DNA of 64,000 bases from contig NMRA01000181.1 in NCBI GenBank assembly GCA_002633005.1, positions 1 to 64,000 on the forward strand, written 5' to 3'. The notes under the pieces are model-generated. The model was not told where the DNA came from, made no database searches, and saw only the letters and a program-made list of their open reading frames with translations. How positions within the stretch are numbered: position 1 is the stretch's first letter; every line of letters begins with the position of its first letter. Source of the stretch: Phoronis australis. Lineage: Eukaryota > Animalia > Phoronida. This document shows positions 55,701-64,000 of this stretch, piece by piece. Both the position numbers and the translations under genes were made by a program.

Positions 55701-56706
55701 GAATGGAAAATGACAGAAAAAGAATTTATGTTCAACATATGTCCTGGTAACTAACAAAGATGAGCACAATCTGGGTTTCCAGATATGAAACGGAGATAGA
55801 GGGTGATAAAACAAAGGTAATCTTTTATGACAACACAGTGGTATAAGGAATATGGTATGAAAAATAATATCAACAATAAAATATTACGTTCTGGAATGAT
55901 GGGCACCAAAAAGTGTATGAAAAAAAATCCAACTTGAAAGGTTCTAATGGGTAGAATTTCAAAAATGATATCTATCTAAGACAAGGCTGGAATAGAAGGG
56001 TGGGGTCTAATGACAGACACAGACCACAAAGCAATAAATGTTACTATTGGCCCATGACAGTGTCATCAGCTTAGCAACAATGTGCTGTCTGTTTACTCAC
56101 GTCAACACACCTCCTTGGAGATGCATTTAAAACACACTGACAAGCAGGCGGCACAGTAAAAAGGACACCAAGCTCCAAGAATAGAATACATCATGACTAA
56201 TTGTAATCAATTGAAGCTAATAACTGGGGCACCTCCCAAATCGGGACTAAATTTAGTAGGCAAAATAAGGCAGTTTATACCCTAAAGGGAGCCAATCAGC
56301 GCAAATCACAGGTGGCATGACGTCATGCTTGAGAGCACAGCTGCAGAAATTTTAACAAAAAACATTGAGAAAACTAGCGTGTCAGACTGATTTTTTACTC
56401 GCCTAAAGCAATTTGCAGTGCTGGGAAGCAGTGCAAAAGGACAATACAACACAGAGCATAATATAGTAGATGTGGGACAATACACGTCTATGTACTACAA
56501 CCTATTAATGGCAAACTTTACATAAATTACCAAGTAATTCAAGATTAAAACTGGCTGTATGATTAACATTGGCTATAAATAGTTTGTATCTGGCAATGAA
56601 TCTGAGCATTATCTGAAAATTGTGACTAGGGTAATATAAGCTCTAGACTTGTTTACAAGCATAAGTCTACTGAGAACTTGTGTGTAGAACTAATGATCTG
56701 TATACA

Positions 56707-57782
56707 CAGTGGCGGATCTAGGATATCACAAGGGGGGGGGCCAACATTTTGTGCGGCTGTAAGCATTTGCGCAAACTGAACCACGATTGTAGATGCGCAT
56801 AGCACCGAGTGGGGGGAGGTCGGGAGGGGGGTTTGCCCCCCTCCCGCCCAGGAAATTTTTCTGTTTTTACCTCTAAACATCAAGCATTTTCCTTGATTCC
56901 TGAAGTATTATTCAAGAAAAAAAAAACAGAGAACGTGTCAAACAGGAAAACTGAACGTACCAAAGACTTGAACTCACGACCTGGTGGTTAGAGAGCGCGT
57001 GCGTTACCACTACACCACCAAGATTTAACTAGCAAACTTATACTAAAAGACCTACTTGTTTATGGTCCACAGCGTTTGCGCGCGAAACCTACTTCTTTTC
57101 GTAATGCTTATTACACGTTTTATATTTTGTGCCATGAATTCGTAACAAATTTGTCGTATTTAAAATAGTCTTCATATCCCCAAAAGACCAAATCCGTTTT
57201 TCGTGTTGGCAATAATGACGGGAGTGCTTTGGAAATCTTCTAAGTTAAGGTTTGACAAAGAGAGTATTGCGTCATTGCGAGTTGGCAATAATGACGGGAG
57301 TGCTTTGGAAATCTTCTAAGTTAAGGTTTGACAAAGAGAGTATTGCGTCATTGCGAGTTTCTGAGTGATTAACTAAGGCTTCGATTAAAATTCACATCTT
57401 ACCAGCAGCTTCTGTTTTTTCATCGTCACTCAGGTTCCATTCTCTTTAAAAAATGAAGTAAATTTTCTTCATTGCAAAGTGGAGCAGACGACGAAAACGG
57501 AGTCCTAGTGCGCAGCGCCACTGCCGGTCGCCTGGGATATCGCGGGAGAGCCTATACTTAGCCATAGTTCCGTTACGAATGTGCCGTGTTCCGAATTTGA
57601 CACTTGAAATTGGGTTTGAGCCCCCCCCCAACACTAAAACTGCACACATTTAAATCTTTTTTCATCCATATAATTTTAATTACCGGGGTTAATTAATAAA
57701 CTCACCATTTCCCTACGCTCTTACTGTTTTATTTTTTTTTTGCGGCAGCCAAGGGGGGGGCCCCCCCCTAAATCTGCCTATG
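56707..57782. mobile_element. MITE with 5-bp TSD (ATACA), containing a tRNA-like segment and a 76-bp tandem duplication
   Basis: ATACA|CAGTGGCGGATCTAGG...CCTAAATCTGCCTATG|ATACA. Minus-strand A/B boxes at ~56960-57020 (GGTGTAGTGG...GAGTTCAAG). Duplicated 76-mer at 57205-57358. Confidence 0.7.
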
Positions 57783-58332
57783 ATACATAAGCAGCATCTT
57801 GCATCACAACAGTGAGAAATGTAAAGCCCCGTGCAGTGTCATTATTTCATTTCATGTTTTTAGATGGATCCTTTGTTATTTTTTTAATAAGTTGATTTAG
57901 GATTCCTACTTACAAACGATAAAAACCATGAACTGAGTATTTCACCAACTGTAATGTGAAGATTCACCACCACGAAACGTATTTATTCCAGTTTGAAGTT
58001 TGCAACTACAGACGACTTAATTAGACTTATTTGTGAAATACTGTAACTCTTAAACAATTACTTAGAACACAATATGGCATTGAAACAAGCAGAATTATGG
58101 GGCATGCCAAATATCTCAATAAAGACAAACATTACGAAAAGTTCAATTAGTGGTTTGTACCATAACTTGTAACAAACCCCACCCAGTGAACATTTATTAA
58201 TTGCGGTAAAAATATATACAACATTATTGGCTGTCCAAATTCAAGACTTGTGATCAATGTAAAACGATCATTCACCTCCAAGTTACACACATGGGGACAC
58301 ATGAAAATTATCTTGCAGTGGCTATTTTCAAT

Positions 58333-58473
58333 CATGGGCGGCGCAACACTGAAAAAAGTGGGTAGCTATGGCCCCCAGCCCCTTGTGGTGCACCGGCCAT
58401 AGACCATGGGCAGCGCAGCACTGAAAAAAGTGGGGGGCTATAGCCCCCTGCCCCCTATGGTGCGCCGCCCATG
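58333..58473. mobile_element. Dimeric mini-MITE with 5-bp TSD (TCAAT)
   Basis: TCAAT|CATGGGCGGCGCA...TGCGCCGCCCATG|TCAAT; interior is two ~70-bp direct copies. Confidence 0.85.
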
Positions 58474-60885
58474 TCAATGATTATGTGAACTGGCAAGTCT
58501 ATTTTTAGATTCTGCTGGTACAAAATGCATTGCCGATCACATATTTCAACAATATAATGAATGTCAAAAATCGTCCCATGTCCTAATCATCAGAATCAAC
58601 AAAATTCAATCTGTTTGAGTTCAGTGGACTTAATTAAGAGACTGTCTTACGCTGGAGAACTTTTAGTTTAGGTACATGGCATGCGGAAAATAGATATAAC
58701 TGACACAATTAATAATTTGTGTGTGAAGTTCCTGAAGAAGGAATTGCTTCACAAGATTCCTTGTGGTTTAAACAGCAACTCGAGCAATAGGAAACATCCA
58801 AAACAGAGCTCTTGAGCATTGTGAAAGCATGAATGTGATTTCCGTGTGACCAAATTTCTGATTTTTGTGAGCTAGGCTGGCAGAATTGAAAACACATTTC
58901 TTTCATTCACGGATAAGTGATGTTGGATGGTTTTGCGTGTATAAATTGAATCTCCTGGGCACAAAACCAGTAATTTGACAGAGGGAACTTCAATAGATGA
59001 GGTATACAATATGTGCTACTCAGCATGGTGACTTTTTCATGAACAGTTTCCCTATAAAAGAGTGCACTTTCAAACAAAATCACCTGCCATTTCAATAATA
59101 AATTTAGAACAAAATGGTTCACTTTGGAAATTGGGAATTCAAAATTCTATAAATGGTCCCTAATCCTACAACTAAAATCTAAAAGATGGGTGTGATTTGC
59201 TTGACATGGCATCTCTTCTTGTACTATTTCAGGTATGATGAGTAAAAAATGCAGTTGTCCAAGAATCACGATGAAAGGGTTACCTTATTACCTAAAAAAC
59301 GGCAGAGTTTCTTTAACACAACCTAACACAAGGGTGACCTTTTAATGGAAGGGCTCTACAAATGGGTCCCCTTTTTGACACCACTCTAAAAATGTGTGGG
59401 TATCCTAATTGTCCAACTGCAACACATGAATTATATAGTAGAGCACCCCTTAGACAATATGACAGCACGGAATGTATAAAAAGCAGTGAAATCCCACAGC
59501 CTGAAATCCCCATTTTCATCAAAGGAGAGAAATAAATGCGCTGAACTTTTGTCCACCAAGCACTCTAATGCCACCTTGTGATATAGCACATTTCATAACC
59601 TTGCTGCTATATTAGAAAAAGATTATCGTTTTAAACCATGAAGAGTCCGTTGTTCACATTTAAAACTAAATACTCTGTAAAATGGTTCACTTCACACAGA
59701 AACAATGGTCTTGTCAAAGGCTGACCCATACATTACGCAGCAATTAAAATAATACAAACATAGCACTTGAATGTGTTTTTCCAAAAAAAGTAGCCTGAAG
59801 GTTCACTGACCTAATTTCTTTCAGGCTGCCAATTAATTTCACAAACAAACTCAAATGTCCCTCTTTTCCACGATTTCTAGCACAGGATTTCGGGTTAACA
59901 AGACAATTTTCAAAGCACCTGACAGCTGCTCATTTAGATGTGAAAAAAGTACAGTGGTACACCTCTGATAATTCAAAGCTTTCTTGCCAGTCTAACAAGT
60001 TGAAACACCAAATCACTAACAGGTACAGAAATAAGCACCAGCTTTGTTTTGGTGGTGGTTAGCAACAAGTTGATGGTTCCATAATGATCCATGATGCTGA
60101 ACCATTTTGTAAAGCGGAAGCACATAGATGTAAAATTGAAGTCAAGTCTGATGTGCAGGACTGTGACTTGTTAAACTGGTAATGCCAGCGAAGAAACACG
60201 TGTTTCACCTGAGAACAATAACCAGAAGAGTAGGGTGGTCCATTCTTTCAATTTGAAATAAACCAAAAACAAAAAGGCAATTTGTAGTAAAAGCTTTTAT
60301 TACGTAAATATTAAAAACACATGGGTACTCATAGAGTGATTTTCTAGCCCATCTCATCTTAACAGCTGTCCGTTGTTACCCAGCGTAACTTAGGTGAAGT
60401 ACCAGAATATTTAACACCAACTTGATGCAACAAAAATGTTGTTTAAAGAAAAACCTCAGCACCTAGAAAGACAAGAATAATTGAAAAAAATACTTTTATT
60501 AGCATTGTTGTGAATACACATAATTTCTGATAACATTTTCTGATGAAAGATTAATGACATATTAACTTCAAAATGATATCCTGCTTGGCACGGTTTATGA
60601 AAAAATATAAAAGCATGGAGATTTTGAGACACCCTGGTGAGAAAATAACAGATGAAATTTGAATCTAATACTGGAAATAAAACTTACTTAAGTTAGCGAC
60701 GTTGCGTCCGTCTCTCACGGACTTCAGCTTGGCTATTGATGTTATTATTATTCTAGCTAATAGATGGCGTTTTAACCAGACGGCGCGGCACGTGTGACAG
60801 ATTGAACTTTAAACTACCAAATTTATTCAAAGAGGGACTGTTGATGTGTTCATGTAGAGCTTCTTTGACACCCCTTCTGAACCAA

Positions 60886-60942
60886 TCATCCTCATAGTCT
60901 AGGATACTGACATCATCCTCATAGTCTAGGATACTGACATCA
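60886..60942. repeat. 27-bp tandem duplication
   Basis: CATCCTCATAGTCTAGGATACTGACAT x2. Confidence 0.9.
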
Positions 60943-62101
60943 CCCGTATTGAAATCATGTCCAGTGGCGCTTAGATGACTAAAGATAGCCGAGTCATAAG
61001 TGTCCCGGTAAATATAAATGTCAGGTTTACTCTAAATTGGGGAAATTTTGCCTCACTGCAATCCAGTGACACCAACAGTGAACATGGTAACCAGTACCAC
61101 CACATGGCTGGCATTGCTATATTGGCATGTTACTAAAAGTAATAAAAATGAACACTGAGAAAAGGCGTCATGTTTTGCATCTTGACAGTTCATTTATTCA
61201 AAACCTAAAGGGAGTAGAAAAAGCAATGGGATGTTGGTGGGAGGCAAATTTATAAATGTTATTATCATATCGCATGAGACAAGTCATTAATAATTAAATA
61301 AGACGTCAATTAGACAGCACCAAATCCATTACAAAGCCTTCGTAAGCACAAGGCTGCATTCTCTAGGCCCAAGACATCCGTAAAAAAACCTGGTGAGATC
61401 ACTTGCAATGCATGACGATATCTTGCGCCAACTTGTGTTTCCACAAGTTCCTAGTGTCTAAGGAATGTAGTACTGTTTGCTCCATCACAAGGGGTGTATA
61501 AAGACAAACAGTTGGAAGTAAACACCAGCACCAGCTCCGCTGCAAGCACTGAAATTGATTCTCTGCCAAGTAAATGATTTACAACTGGAGACCAATGTTG
61601 TGAAGACTCGAACAATATTATTGCTGCACATTACTAGACATACGCAAACATTAAACTTTGCTAAAGTCCTTACATTTTCATTGTCACATTTAATTGAAAC
61701 TTACAACAAATGAATATGTTGCAAGCCACTGTTCTAATGAAAAGCAAAACAAACTTAAAGGGGCATTTCACTGCTGTTTGGCAGTCAATGATGAAATCTT
61801 GACCAGACCGAAGTGCTTTGAGGCTTAAAAAAAACATTACCACTGTCATCTGATCATGAATTGTTGCCGTATGAGTAAGTAACTCAAGTCATTGGATATG
61901 TGCACAGGTGCCATTTTTGAACACGCAACTTTAGGTTTGGCCAAAGCAAGTAAACTCTGAAGCCCTTCCCTTGTTAAGGAACTTCATATAGCATCTTATC
62001 ACAGTAACCGAGATAAAGAGATTGGTTTTAAGAGAGCAAAGGGCCTAATAATTATCAAGCTAAACAGGGTGAAACGCAATAACTTTTAACCAATCCACTA
62101 G

Positions 62102-63928
62102 CATGCGCGCACAGGGCTCGACGCTATTCAAATTGCCAGGTCGCATTTTGCGACCTAGCCAAAATCCCAGGTCGCATTTTCAAAATCCAGCTCGCATTCG
62201 TAAATGCCAGGTCGCAAAATTTTCCCGCCATTTTTACGCGCCAAAATAGATTTTTTAGATCATCTAGAAAATGTTTAGATTATGCTCTTATCTGCAGCGT
62301 TAAATACTCACAAATTTCGGATCTCAAAATTGACTTCATTCATGCAGGTACGGCCTTACTGTTCTTCACGACCGCCATTGAAAGACTCTAGAGCGCAAGG
62401 CAAGTTGCCGGCGTGAAAGTTGAATCAGTGCTCTCTAACTGACTTGTGCATTGGAGTAGCTAAATTTGCGATGTGAAAAGGGAGAAAATGCCCGTTGAAA
62501 AAGTATCTGGGATTTTGTTAGATCTGGTCTGCTACTGGCCGTCATCAAAGTCGTTAACGATTCAAACTAACTCGGGTAATCGCGAGTTTGCTCTTCAATA
62601 CTCTCCAAGTACGGGAANNNNNNNNNNNNNNNNNNNNNNNNNNNNNNNNNNNNNNNNNNNNNNNNNNNNNNNNNNNNNNNNNNNNNNNNNNNNNNNNNNN
62701 NNNNNNNNNNNNNNNNNNNNNNNNNNNNNNNNNNNNNNNNNNNNNNNNNNNNNNNNNNNNNNNNNNNNNNNNNNNNNNNNNNNNNNNNNNNNNNNNNNNN
62801 NNNNNNNNNNNNNNNNNNNNNNNNNNNNNNNNNNNNNNNNNNNNNNNNNNNNNNNNNNNNNNNNNNNNNNNNNNNNNNNNNNNNNNNNNNNNNNNNNNNN
62901 NNNNNNNNNNNNNNNNNNNNNNNNNNNNNNNNNNNNNNNNNNNNNNNNNNNNNNNNNNNNNNNNNNNNNNNNNNNNNNNNNNNNNNNNNNNNNNNNNNNN
63001 NNNNNNNNNNNNNNNNNNNNNNNNNNNNNNNNNNNNNNNNNNNNNNNNNNNNNNNNNNNNNNNNNNNNNNNNNNNNNNNNNNNNNNNNNNNNNNNNNNNN
63101 NNNNNNNNNNNNNNNNNNNNNNNNNNNNNNNNNNNNNNNNNNNNNNNNNNNNNNNNNNNNNNNNNNNNNNNNNNNNNNNNNNNNNNNNNNNNNNNNNNNN
63201 NNNNNNNNNNNNNNNNNNNNNNNNNNNNNNNNNNNNNNNNNNNNNNNNNNNNNNNNNNNNNNNNNNNNNNNNNNNNNNNNNNNNNNNNNNNNNNNNNNNN
63301 NNNNNNNNNNNNNNNNNNNNNNNNNNNNNNNNNNNNNNNNNNNNNNNNNNNNNNNNNNNNNNNNNNNNNNNNNNNNNCCGAAAGTGTTAGCCAATGAAAC
63401 GCGTCAAAGATCGATTCTGTATATCCCATGTTCACGCGACATGCTTACAAGTCATCGGGAGGGCAGTTCTCGGTTAGTGTTCTTTTGAACTTCTATTTGG
63501 CAACAACCAAATAACAGTCGGATTAACAAGACCTGATTCGTATTTGCCGGGTATCTGTTGAGAAGTGTAAAAACTCAGCTCGCATTCGTTGGAAATTTCA
63601 GGTCGCATTTTCCGACTTTATACGAGCTGACAAAAATCTCAGCTCGCATTTCCAAATTTCAGGTGGCAAATGCGACCTGCAGCTCGTTATGTCGAGCCCT
63701 GGCGCACCCAGGGGGGCTCGGAGGGACTTGAACGAGCCTACCATTTGGCAAAGTGGACAAAAAGGTCCGCCTCAGAGAAACAAAAAGTCCAAAAAAATAG
63801 AAAACCAGACAAAAGTCCACTAAAAATTCAGGAATTTGGCAGATGCACAATTCATAGCTCTGAGGGTACCCGTTTTTTAATAAAAAAATTTGAGCCCCCC
63901 CCTATATTTTAAGCTGGATGCGTGCACG
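62102..63928. mobile_element. Older MITE interrupted in its left TIR by the 62112-63701 element
   Basis: Removing the insert and one TSD restores CATGCGCGCACCCAG, which is an imperfect inverted match to CTGGATGCGTGCACG (ends 63928). Confidence 0.6.
62112..63701. mobile_element. DNA transposon (hAT-like) with 11-bp perfect TIRs, 5-bp TSD GCGCA and subterminal GGTCGCATTT repeats; interior is an N gap (62618-63377)
   Basis: GCGCA|CAGGGCTCGAC...GTCGAGCCCTG|GCGCA; repeated (AG)GTCGCATTT / CTCGCATT motifs at both ends. Confidence 0.85.
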
Positions 63929-63932
63929 ATTT

Positions 63933-63968
63933 ACACACACGCGCGCGCGTGACACACACACACACACA
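63933..63968. repeat. (CA)n/(CG)n microsatellite
   Basis: ACACACACGCGCGCGCGTGACACACACACACACA. Confidence 0.85.
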
Positions 63969-64000
63969 AGTGGGTCGTTTCAGTGCATGTAAACATTGTT

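Noticed and set aside
58709-59122. Cys-rich minus-strand ORFs
   Set aside because: No cystine-knot spacing, recognisable domain or convincing splice boundaries; consistent with TG-rich non-coding DNA.
62473-63435. Long ORFs here and at 7852-8524
   Set aside because: They are open only because they cross N gaps.

Overview
Eukaryotic (invertebrate animal) genomic DNA: AT-rich, repeat-rich, with GT-AG introns and three N gaps. Most ORFs in the track are spurious. By splicing exons by hand I find a glycoprotein-hormone (thyrostimulin-type) cystine-knot cluster. It has two tandem GPB5-like beta-subunit genes on the + strand. Copy A (13073-14556) carries an in-frame TAG in the signal peptide and a 1-nt frameshift before the last Cys. 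Copy B (22248-23888) is intact, 128 aa, 10 Cys. A three-exon GPA2 alpha-subunit gene on the - strand (50222-42030, 136 aa, 10 Cys) converges on them. From memory the protein motifs resemble lophotrochozoan (mollusc-like) GPA2/GPB5; this is inference. The rest is transposon debris: two TTAA-flanked THAP-bearing Kolobok-like elements, a 5'-truncated LINE, several MITEs with 5-bp TSDs (one nested), Helentron/HINE-like modular repeats, tRNA-derived SINE heads, tandem repeats and a 331-nt poly-A run.
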